NCBI GenBank assembly: GCA_951406725.2
Contig: OX597827.1
Coordinates: forward strand, 7,006,001-7,070,000
Source of the DNA: Octopus vulgaris
Taxonomy: Eukaryota
DNA length: 64,000 bases
Reading direction: 5' to 3'
Shown: positions 1 through 10,915 of the stretch, in pieces
How positions within the stretch are numbered: the first letter of the stretch is position 1
Layout: each line of letters begins with the position of its first letter
The notes under the pieces: model-generated
The model's input: only the letters and a program-made list of their open reading frames with translations
Told to the model about the DNA's origin: nothing
The model's database searches: none
Translations under genes and position numbers: made by a program

Positions 1-278
1 TGACACAGAATTTCTGCATCCAATATGGCAGCAGTGTACAAGTGTCCTCCCTGTGTAACATTAAACATCAGAGCTGTTACTTCACTACTTCTCTGAAGTA
101 CATTAAACATCAGTTTGCTGTTATCGTCAAGAGATGGTACAGTATCCAATAAGTGTGTATCAGTGACAATATCTCCAATAAAGCTGTGTATATCATTGTT
201 CTCTTTCACATGGTAGGTATGATCCACACACCAACAATTGTTAACCATTAACAACACCAACGAAAGTATGTATAACAT
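1..278 (-). CDS. Protocadherin A, 5' part of ectodomain exon (signal peptide and EC1); runs off the window start
   Basis: Manual translation from ATG at 278: MLYILSLVLLMVNNCWCVDHTYHVKENNDIHSFIGDIVTDTHLLD...LYTAAILDAEILC, paralogous to the five long ORFs. Candidate acceptor AG at 296-297. Confidence 0.92.
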   Translation of the reverse strand, partial: MLYILSLVLLMVNNCWCVDHTYHVKENNDIHSFIGDIVTDTHLLDTVPSLDDNSKLMFNVLQRSSEVTALMFNVTQGGHLYTAAILDAEILC

Positions 279-1089
279 GGTTACAGTCTACAATTCTGTT
301 ACAAGGAAATATATGTATAATGTTTTTGAAACCTATGAAATAATGATTTCTTGAATATTTTCTTGTTATCACCTGTAAACATATGAAAATATAAAAACTT
401 ATTTATGCATTAATAACGATGAAGTAATCTAGGAAATTCTCATCAGTGAAAACTGGTAGCAATACAAAATTTTACCAACATATTACAAGGTACGCAAAAA
501 AAATCTACATTATCGTTCCATTCTTTATCTTTATATGCATTTGATATGATATTAAGTTATTTTCCTCCTACACATTTAATTTATGTTTTAGTGTGAAAAA
601 ATATTACATCAATTGTATGACCTCTTATTCTTTGTAACAGACATTTCTTAAATTTTCATAATTTCAAGAACCTAATTTATACTTCAAATAAAAGAAGGAA
701 GCATTAACATATGTTTGACTGGTCTCCAACTTAATTTATCTTAAATTCTCATTTTTGTACTAAGAAAGGAAGCCTACACTGACAATTAATGAACCTTTTC
801 CACATATCAGTCAAATCTCCCTCAAATCACGAAACTATCGTAATATTTAAAAAGGGGACACATTGGATAATATACATCAAAGTCCAGCATGACACAAGAA
901 ATAAAGATATGATTATTAAGGTTAGAACTGACTTTGATCATTGATCTATCCAATTAGAAACAACTTGAGATTTAAATTTTGATTGGCAGTCAAGTAATAT
1001 ATAATTAGCTTTTCCACTGAAATCATATTTCTATACATTATCCACAATCAAGTCTGATTAATTAATGATAAATGTATTTTTCAGCAATA

Positions 1090-2360
1090 TTAGGTTGTCA
1101 AGAAAGTTCTTGCAGTTTTTAACCTTTAAATTCAGTTGCATATATCTCGGCTTAAACAGAACTTTATAAATTGAAATAAAGACCATCAGAATCAACACAC
1201 TTTTGCCAACGCGAAACAAGTTTATTTATGCCAGTAGCCTAAATATCATGCATTCTGGCGGCAATGAAGTCGTTGAGGGTGTGTTTGGCATCATCTTGGT
1301 TTTTAAAGAATTTCTGACACAGGATGTTATCGAAATGCTTGAATAAGTGGTAGTCGGTAGGCAAGAGGTCTGGTGAGTATGGTGGTTGAGGCAGAATTTC
1401 GTAGCCCAATTTGTTCAATTTCTGCAGGGTCAGTTGTATGACATGCAGCCGAGTTTTGTCACAGATAAGAAGTGGTCTTTTTCTATTGACCAATGCTGGC
1501 TGTTATTTTCGGTGTTTCTTATGCATTTCATCCATTTACTGACAGTGCTTCTCTGCCATAATGGTTTTGCCTGGATCCCAAAAGCTGTAATTGATGAGAC
1601 TTGCTGCAAACAACCAAACAGTCGCCATGACCTTCTTTTGGTGCAACTTTGGTTTCGGGATGTGCTGTGGAGCTTTGTCGGGGCCCAACCCCTTAGCTGA
1701 GCACCACCGGTGGTTGTAAAGTATTCATTTTTCATTGCAAGTCACAATCCAGTCAAGAAACGGGTCGTTCTTGTTGTATAAAAGAAGGGAAGAAGACACT
1801 TCAAAATGGCATTTTTTTTTGGTTGTCGTTCAATTCATGCGGCACCCATTTCTCAAGTAATTTTTTTCCAATCTCTTTCAAGTGGTTCGAAATTATCATT
1901 TGCGTTACGTCTAATTCAGAAGCGAACTCTCGAACAGTTGTGCGGGAATTGGCTTCCACTAAGGCTCTTAGTTGATCATTGTTAACATCCGATGGCCAAC
2001 TACTATGCTTATCTTCAAGACTCTCGTTACTGCTACGAAATTTTTTGAACCACCATTGTGCTGTTTCGTTCATTAGTGGTTCCTGGGCCAAATGCATCGA
2101 ACTGGCTCAGCAGTTTTTCGGCCTAGCTTGAACTTGAATAAGAAAATTGTGCGAATTTGCTTTTTGTTTATGTTGTATGCAACGTTCTGGACAAAATGGT
2201 CTAATTATTCAACAAGAAAAAGAGTAACACGATTAGATAGAGCGAAAAATGGGCTTTAAAATGACATATAAAGTCTTAGTAATTTAATGATATTTAATTT
2301 GAAAATATATCATTTAAAACCAAAATGTAAAATTCAGCAAGAACTTTCTTGACAACTTAA
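1090..2360 (-). mobile_element. Full-length but inactivated mariner (Tc1/mariner) transposon in intron 1 of gene A
   Basis: Terminal inverted repeats TTAGGTTGTCAAGAAAGTTCTTGC / GCAAGAACTTTCTTGACAACTTAA flanked by TA on both sides, ~1.27 kb. ORF fragments carry mariner motifs WVPHEL (1801-2097) and PPYSPDLLPTDYHLF (1239-1493), split by frameshifts. Confidence 0.93.
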
Positions 2361-3208
2361 TACATTCATAAATACATTATGGTAAGCAGTAAGTTTTGTA
2401 GTCTGAAGAATATCCGGTTAAGCTTTTCAGCAATTTGCTATAGATAGGGAACCTAAATTTTTGCTGTAACATGCTAAGATCTTAATATTCTATGGGGTTT
2501 CGTTTTTATCCTTTATTTTGCGGGGATACTCCCTTGATACTTATAACACATTCACTCTTTTACAACATTAGTACTCCCCAACCGTTCTATTCCTAAAGTT
2601 ATTAAGTTGCAGACTTTGAAAATGGTTCTCTTGCTTCATTGATAGGGTTCGTTTCTTAGATTTACAGTTACTGAGTCACAATCTGTAATTCACGATTTGA
2701 TGAAAAGGAAGTAAAAGATAAATAATAACAGAACACTAATTAAATGAGTTGTTGCCCTTTGATTCTGACCTAAAAATAACAAAAAACAAATAATGTCTGC
2801 CTAACAGTCTAAGCTTAAAAAATAATTTCCTTCATCACATCTCCCTTCTAATTACTAATATTTAGCATCATTCTCACATTAAACATTTGCCAATCTAATC
2901 ACAATTAAACATTCAGTAATTTAGTAATTCGCTGGAACAGTAAAATTACAAATTTTAAAATTTAGTAAAATTACATCTTTCCTAAAATTTACCATTCTAG
3001 ACGGTCTTTGAGAAATAATATTTATATTCCAGATTTGATGAATGGAAATCATGACAAGGTACAAATATCTGTGAAAAATTCTAACAATAAGTAAACTTAT
3101 TCTATTTTTACATCCTGTCTGTAACAATAGAATGAACTTGTGATTAAATAAACCATTTGAAAAACATACAAAGTTTACACAACAGAATAAGTTCTAATAA
3201 GTACTTAC

Positions 3209-3460
3209 CAACAGTTGTCAGTTATTTATATAGTTGTTGCTGTGCTGTTTCAGGGTTTTGGTAACAAAGTTATATCAGTAGCAGAAGTTCTGAGTAGTTT
3301 GGTATGTGACAGTGTTATGTAGTTCTATGGAGTTGGTTGTGTAGTGTGTAATGTGTGTTGTAGCCAATGACAAGCTGTCTTTTATTCCAGTGCAAGGAAA
3401 CGGAAATACAGCCTCCAACTTTTGCAGTTAATGATGGGCTGACTCACAGACTGGTTTACT
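3209..3460 (-). promoter_or_regulatory. Gene A non-coding 5' exon and conserved promoter-like cassette
   Basis: Minus-strand donor CTGTTG|GTAAGT with exon end at 3209. Block TAGCCAATGACAAGCTGTCTTTTATTCCAGTGCAAGGAAACGGAAATACAGC...TGACTCA recurs upstream of B, D, E and F. Confidence 0.75.
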
Positions 3461-4515
3461 TAACCCACACCCACTTACATATATATATGTGTATGTGTGT
3501 TAGTACATAAATGAATAAGGAAGAAATGTCTAATGACTAGAAGGAAGTGGACAGGCAATAAATTCAGTATGGAAAATATTGATTCAAAATAATGTTAATA
3601 TAAATGTGTAAAAGTATAAGGAACCTAACTTTAGTAACTTTATGTTACAAACTGCACATAACTCTCAGAAAAGTTATCATGGAACCAGGATAAAATTAAT
3701 TCATATAAAAGATAAATATTTGGAAATATTATTATATTAATACAATAAAACAGCAGTGGAGTCATAGAGAAAAATATTTTAGAAAATACGAAACTATGGC
3801 TATCAATAAACTTATTCATGTTCAGTAGAAATGTGTGAAGTAGAATACTGAAGAACAGCAGAATAAGAGAATGAGCAGAAAGAATGATATTTACCAAACC
3901 TTTTGCATTTGTTAGGTTAAAGGGGTTTACTTCATTTTGGATTTCATAGATTTCCTCAGAATTAATAATAATAATATTGAAGAATTTCATGAAGAACAGA
4001 AGTGGAAGGCAACTACTAATAGATTTAACTTCTACAAACTACCATAGTAAAATATTCTGTAAATCTCAGATTTTCTAACAAAACATTAACATCTTGGAGC
4101 CTTCGAAGTGAACACTGATAGCATTACACAATATAAATATAAGATTCTTAAGATTTTGCTATTTCAGAAATGGATTTGCAGAGAAGTTAGGATGTTGAAT
4201 AAAATGTTTGCTGTATTTAGTTACAAATTATTATGCACTGTGCTAAAATTGCTATGAGATTAGATTTATTTTATCAATACAATAAATGAGATTAAATTCA
4301 AACCAAATAATTGGGTTGATTTACTGTAAATTAAAATCTAAAAACAGAATCTGAAAACTAACAGAAACTAATGAATGAAACATTATTGATGCGTGTTCTA
4401 CTATGAAATGAAATATTGTTTTGTTATTAATATTTTCTTTTAATGTATTCCTTACTGGAAATGTATTGCCTGTCTTGAGAAAATAATGCTTTGTTATGTT
4501 CTTGAAATTATGCTA

Positions 4516-4847
4516 TTAGACGTCTGTTGCAGATAGAGGAGGAAGTGGAGGTACCTGGGGTGATGAAGGTACCTTTGGTAGTGTTGTTATTTTGGGTACA
4601 GCTGGCAGAGATGGTTTACAGTCTGAAGTAAACTGACTTTTCACTGGTACTGTAGAATGTTGTCCAGTTATGTTAGATGTGGTCCCAGTAATAGTCAAAG
4701 GTGTTTGGTCAATCGAACAGGAAGTGTTATTATCGACATTAGGTTGATGGTGATATCCATATTTGTTATCTCCCCTTGATCTGTTGAGTGTGTTTTGAAG
4801 TTGATTTCTTCTATTCCATGTCTGGTCACTTTGGTAACGACACAGAT
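4516..4847 (-). CDS. Protocadherin B, last exon (proline-rich cytoplasmic tail)
   Basis: Acceptor AG at 4848-4849, phase 1. (D)LCRYQSDQTWNRRNQL...LPAVPKITTLPKVPSSPQVPPLPPLSATDV*; paralogous exon in all units. Confidence 0.88.
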
Positions 4848-5456
4848 CTAAAAATATTGAGATTTTATACAAATTTACTTTGCAATGAAAAATTAAACTC
4901 TTTAAAATTTCTTTCATGCATAAAACTATTCACCATCTGTGCAGGTTTGCTTGCAAATTTTTAATTTCTAAGAAACAACTTGATAATTTATTGATAATTA
5001 AGAAGATAATTAAATTCAGATGGTTCTCATATTAACATTCTCATTTTTAATTAGGGATCAGTCTTGAAAAGGAATTTTCCAAGAAAAATATATGTAAAGA
5101 AATTTTAATAGAACATTTAATACAATCAATATCTTAACCCCTATTTCTGAAAGTGTTACAAATGGACAATAATCATTAATTTGAAATTAAATCATAGTCC
5201 TTTTCATTTGGAGACTGGTGGAATGAAAGCTCCCTTGTTTGAAAAGCATTCAATGGATTAGTTACAGAAAGAGCCTCCATGTGTAAAGCACTGTCTTAAT
5301 ATTCTACTCATCTGACTCATGCTAGCATAAGAAAAATGAACGTAAAAGGAATGAACAAACTAAATTAAATATATTTATTACACTCTCATTAGGAAATATA
5401 ATAGTTAATTTAAAAGTTTCTTACATCTGAAGAAATGCTTAGTATTTTTAACTTAC

Positions 5457-5607
5457 CTGGTAGTTCCTCATAATGTCCAGCACTACCGACACTCCAGCCA
5501 TGACCACTATCAGTTTGAGATGACAATGTTGACATCTCGTGAAATTGGTCAACACTGTTTAGTTCTCTGTAACCAGGAGACATACTTTCTTCTCTTGGAA
5601 CAAATAT
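5457..5607 (-). CDS. Protocadherin B, 151-nt cytoplasmic exon
   Basis: AG at 5608-5609, GTAAGT donor. IFVPREESMSPGYRELNSVDQFHEMSTLSSQTDSGHGWSVGSAGHYEELP; length identical in six copies. Confidence 0.92.
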
Positions 5608-7133
5608 CTGAAAATATAAATCCAATAGACCATCATAATGTTATTAAAATAGAATCCATAAATTTAAAAACAATTTTAAGAAACCTTCAGTTAGGACATT
5701 ATTTTATATCTTAACTTTTCAACAGATTACTTGTACCAAATCTAGAAATTAGACACAAATCAGCAATCAGAATATTGAAGCAATTCATAGGGTATTTTAC
5801 ATTCTTTGTCTACAAGATATCTTCAACATCTCTTAACAAAGATAACTATGACTCAAGTTTGTAATATCTGAACAAGCTTACAATAGTTTGTTAGAATCAT
5901 ACATTAAATAATTTAGTTAGCATAGTAAACTGAGGATATCAATAATATTGAACAGAGTTAGTAATTGAATATCAAAACAGCATTCAAATGTTTAAGTATC
6001 TTTTAAAATCGTATATGAGTGGTCACTAATATTATCCAAGCAACAGAGAAAAGTTATTATCCAAGCAATATAGGAATGCCTTTCTGCAGATGTTTAGTGA
6101 CAGAAGTCGCTAGTGAAGATACCAACACTTTAATGACTGGAACAAGTCATTAATCCATTGGCTGTGAAATTCCTCTGGTGCAGTAACTAACAACAACACT
6201 TGTGTGTCTGTGTGTGAACAACTTCATATCCATGGTTTTATTCAAATGCATAACAAGCGAATTCATACTGTGAGTACACAATGCTCAATAAAGTTATTTG
6301 GGACTGAAGTAAAAGGTTCTGAACATCTTGCCATGTTCCATGATGAGAGTGAGAAAATAGGAGGAACTCAATCTACAAAAATTACTTTCAGACAGGCACT
6401 AGGCATAGAATACCATAGCAAGTTGCTGGTAGAAAAGACTATTGAATCCATGTGCCTGGCTCTCTCTCCAATGTTTGATCTAGTAATGTCTTAGAGAAAA
6501 AAAAGAGAAATTCAATTGGAATTTGCTCTTAAGTTGGCGATATTGCTTCTAGCACTCTCCTGCATGTGGTTTAGCAGTTACGCCTCGTATGTTAGCAAAG
6601 AGGGAATTAACCAATGTTTGCTTGGAATGTTCTAGAACATTCGACAGGGGAGACAGCTGTAGTTGATTCCCAACGAATATTTTGCTGGCTACGAACCTGT
6701 TTCAAATAGCGTTGCCTACAGATGAAAATAGCAAACATGTTTTATTCACATCTATAGTTTACTGCATATATATGAGAACTCTAGTACAGCTAAGAAAATT
6801 ATCAATTATTTAATATACTGTGAATATAATATTCCTCTGACATTAAAGATAATTTGTGGGAGTCGAAAAATTTGTATCTTCTCAATTTCCTTTGCAGTAT
6901 TCATATGGTGCTTCTCTTCAAAGAACTAACTGTAAAATGTATGAAAATATATAGCAGACACAGCTACGTTAGAGAGAACAAATTAAATGCTTAATAGAGT
7001 GAGTTGTATACAAGGAGAACAATTTCAAAATATTTACTTAAGATGGTTGCTCTGAAACATACATAAAACAGGTTTATTTCATGCAGGAACAAATGGTCAG
7101 AATAAACATTTCCAAATAATCTAAGTAACTCAC

Positions 7134-9524
7134 CTGTTGAGGTCTTTTTAAAGTCAGATCATTCCATCTATCAGCTGACATATTTCTGCAGTAAATACCT
7201 TCCCTGTCTTCAATTGGTTGTTGAGATGACTTCAGATTCCTCTCCATTGTGCACTGAACCCCAGGAGGAACACAAGTAGGATCAAATATATATTTTGATT
7301 GCGTGTTTAATGCAGGTGTAACCTTGTGGTACATATCAACACTGTTGTTATAGTTGTTGTCTGTCTGCTTCAGTCTATGAACTATACAGATCGATATAGA
7401 GATCACTATGACAACTGATACGATCACAGCTGCTATAACAATAACAATCATCACATTCAATTGGAGACCATTACTTGATTCTGTTGTTGTCTTTGAAGAG
7501 GTCTTAAATATCTTTGATGTGCTGTTACTAACTGTTAGAGTCAAAGACAAAGTTGTTGTCGATGACAGAACTGGACTGCCACTGTCTTTCACACCTAATT
7601 CCAGTTCATAGAATCCAGCATCATTTTGGTAAAGTGAGCGAGAGAAAGATAAGACACCAGAGTGATGGTTCATTTGAAATAAGTGTTTCTCATTACCTCT
7701 GAGTATTTCATATGTGAGGAAGGCATTGTGTTGACTGTCTCTGTCAGAGGCCCTAACAACTGTGATATCATGGTCAGAGTGGGGATGGTAGTGGACATTA
7801 AGACTGAAAGGGTCAACATTAGGGAAACTGAAATAGGGAGCATTATCATTTAAATCCATCACCTCAACAACAACATTTGCTCTCTTCTCCAGTGATGGTG
7901 TTCCTTTATCTTTTACTAAAACCTTAAACTCATACAGGTTCTTTTCTTCTCTGTCTAGGGACTCAGTTGTGGAAATGAATCCCACATCAGATATCTGAAA
8001 TGGTAGAATATCTTTTCCATTAGATAATAGAGAATAGGTTAATTGTCCTCCATCTCCAATATCTGGGTCTGTGGCATTGACATATCCAACAGGGAAGTCT
8101 TTGTGTTCATTTTCATAGGTGAGAAACTTAAATATGTCCTGACTAAACTGAGGTTGTACATCATTTATGTCAGTAACCAGCACAGAAAACCGTTTCTCTA
8201 CTTTCAATGGAGGTGAACCATTATCTTGACATTTAATGGTGAAATTAAAGGTCTTCTCACTCTCTCTATCTAGTTCACTCTTGACAATAACTTTGTATTT
8301 CTTTTCAGATATTGAGATTAGCTGAATGTATTTATTTTGTAAATGACATTTCACTTGGCCATTTACTCCATTGTCATTGTCGGTAACTTTGACAAAAGCA
8401 ACAAAGCTGTGAATTTGAGTTGCTTCTGAAATGACAGCTGTGTTTCCAGTTGACTTTAAAACAAATTTAACATCAATGTTTGGTGGATTGTTAAGATGAC
8501 TGACACCATTTACAAGAACAGTAGCTCTAGAAATTCTGCGAGGAATACCATTATCTTTGGCTTCAATAAACAATTCATATAATTTTCCAAACTTATATTC
8601 TTTTGTCATAAATAATTCTCCAGTTACTTTATCTAATCTGAACAGAGTTTTAATCTTTTCTGGTGTTTTAGAACTAATTATGTATGAAATTCTTCCATTT
8701 TCTCCCTCATCCATGTCTGTAGCAGAAAAATTCAATATAGGTTTGTTTATTTGGTGCTTATCATTTACAGTTATATTGTAGGTACTCTGAGAGAATACAG
8801 GTGAGTTATCATTTTTGTCTTCCACTAAGATATTTATATCCATTACACCTTCCTTTGGTGGTGTTCCCCCATCTGTAGCAATTAGTTGGATATGATAATT
8901 AGATTTTGTTTCTCGGTCTAAATTCTTTTCCAGAACTAGCTCAAGTAAATTAGTTTCACTTAAATCATGTGATAAGACCAATTTAAAAGGAATATCTTCA
9001 TCCTCTTTCAATTTATAATTGATCTTTGTGTTCTGAATACTGACATCTTTGTCAATGGCATTTGGAAGTGTTTCTTTTCTTCCTATCAATGCATTTTCAT
9101 CATATTGCAGGTGAACTTCCTTATTTGGAAATATCGGAGAATTATCATTAGCATCTTCTATCATAACTTTGATTTCCAATATCTTGAGAAAAGAATGGCC
9201 ATGCTGAACTGCTATTTCCAATATTCTGAAGCATTCCACATTATATTGACACAGAATTTCTGCATCCAATATGGCAGCCGTGTATATTCGTCCTCCAGGT
9301 GTAACATTAAACAACTGAACATCTCCATCTGTATTACTCTGAAGTACTTTAAATTTCAGTTTGTTGCTATTATCCTGAGACTGTATATTATCCAGTAAGT
9401 GTGTATCAGTGACAATATCTCCAATATAACTGTTTAAATCATTGTTCTCTTTCACATGATAAATATGATCCACACACCAGGAGCTCTCAGCCATCAACAG
9501 CACCAACAATACCATTGACAACAT
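7134..9524 (-). CDS. Protocadherin B, ectodomain/TM exon (signal peptide, 6 cadherin repeats, TM); spliced product ~957 aa
   Basis: ORF 7074-9539 with cadherin motifs (DANDNSPIF, LDRE, ATDPD, DLNDNAPYF) and hydrophobic TM. Acceptor at 9559-9560, first ATG at 9524, phase-0 donor CAG|GTGAGT at 7134. Exon sum stays in frame. Confidence 0.95.
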
Positions 9525-9749
9525 GACTACAATCTTCAATTGTCTTTGATATATTAATCTGAAATGGAAATAGATATATAGAGGATAACATCCAATATAC
9601 AGAATATATCTCTAGATATTGCTTCCATACCAATACATCATAATTTATGTCAAAATATCAATTACCATCATTAAGTAGCATAAATTCTTGCAAAATTTTT
9701 TCTTATTGATCAGTGACAATGAGAATTGTGAAAATTTGATTACCAACTG

Positions 9750-9798
<49 letters not shown>

Positions 9799-9804
9799 AC
9801 ATAT

Positions 9805-10360
9805 ATATATAAATGAAGTTCAATCTTGCTTGCTTGCTTGCTTACAATGTTACACAGCCAAACTGGTGCATAAAGGGAAAATACTCTGAAAATAGTTTAA
9901 CCCAGACAGGGAAGAAACTCTAACCTTTCCTTTAAACACATTATGATGGGCAAAATATTTTAACGTGAAAATGACTTTTAAAATACGGTAAGTATTTTGT
10001 AAAAGATTCATTCGTAACCTTGGTGTGAAATAGTTTTTTTTCCATAGGTTTCTTTGAGTGCATTCAACATATCTCACCTCCAAAGATTTGGCTGCTATTC
10101 CTAGCACGCTTTACAACATAACAGCTATTTGCAATAAAGGACATAAAAAACCTGTTACATGGTAGCAGGGCATGCAAGAAATAGCAGCCAAATCTTTCCT
10201 TTTTCTGGGAAAAGGAGCTGTTTACGCCTGATTTCGATATCACATTCATTGAAAGCATGTGAAATAACATGGAAAAGAAAAAAATAACTCACAAAACAAA
10301 ACTCCATTGCTGGGAAACTTGGGACTTCCCAGGTGACAGAACGGGTCACGGGTAGTCTAG
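9805..10360 (+). mobile_element. Possible non-autonomous Helitron-like element
   Basis: Begins in TATATATAAATGAAG followed by (GCTT)n; ends ACGGGTCACGGGTAGTCTAG|T, similar in architecture to the 23542-23945 element. Confidence 0.4.
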
Positions 10361-10611
10361 TGTATATATAATGCTTATGTGTGCATTATGATGCAGGCAT
10401 GGTGTTGTGGTTGAGAAGTTGATTTCCCAAACACACAGATCCCAATAAATGGTATCTTGGCCCATTGTCTTTTACAATATTCCTGAGCTCACCAAAGTCT
10501 TTTGATGGATTTAGGGAATGGAAACTGAACGAAACCCATCATACGTGTGAGATAGGGGGAGTGTGTGAGTGTGATTGCATTTAAGTGGTGACATTTGTTA
10601 TTTAAATATAC

Positions 10612-10915
10612 ATCCTCATTTAACGTCCGCTTTCCATGCTAGCATGGGTTGGACGGTTCAACTGGGGTCTGGGAAGCCAGGAGGCTGCACCAGGCCCAGT
10701 CTGATCTGGCAGTGTTTTTACAGCTGGATGCACTTCCTAAGACCAACCACTCTGTGAGTGTAGTGGGTGTTTTTACGTGCCAGACGAGGCTGGCAACGGC
10801 CATGATCGGATGGTGCTTTTTATGTGCCACCGGCACAGAGGCCAGTCGGGGCGGCGCTGGCAATGGTCACGTTCGGATGGTTCTCTTACAAGCCACCAGC
10901 ACTGGTATCACAACT
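10612..10915 (-). mobile_element. SINE/RTE-type retroposon 3' fragment
   Basis: TTTAACGTCCGCTTTCCATGCTAGCATGGG...CAGCTGGATG..CTTCCTAA recurs at ~43078-43250 and reversed at ~29690-29820, with (CAT)n/(GAT)n tails. Confidence 0.65.

Noticed and set aside
4516-5607. A single shared vertebrate-style constant region for the cluster
   Set aside because: Each ectodomain exon has its own adjacent, sequence-distinct tail exons; sharing remains only a hypothesis for module C.
7408-7611. Recurrent plus-strand ORF MTTDTITAAIT... (also 39258, 48640, 59302)
   Set aside because: Antisense shadow of the homogenised TM/EC6 coding sequence; no independent evidence.
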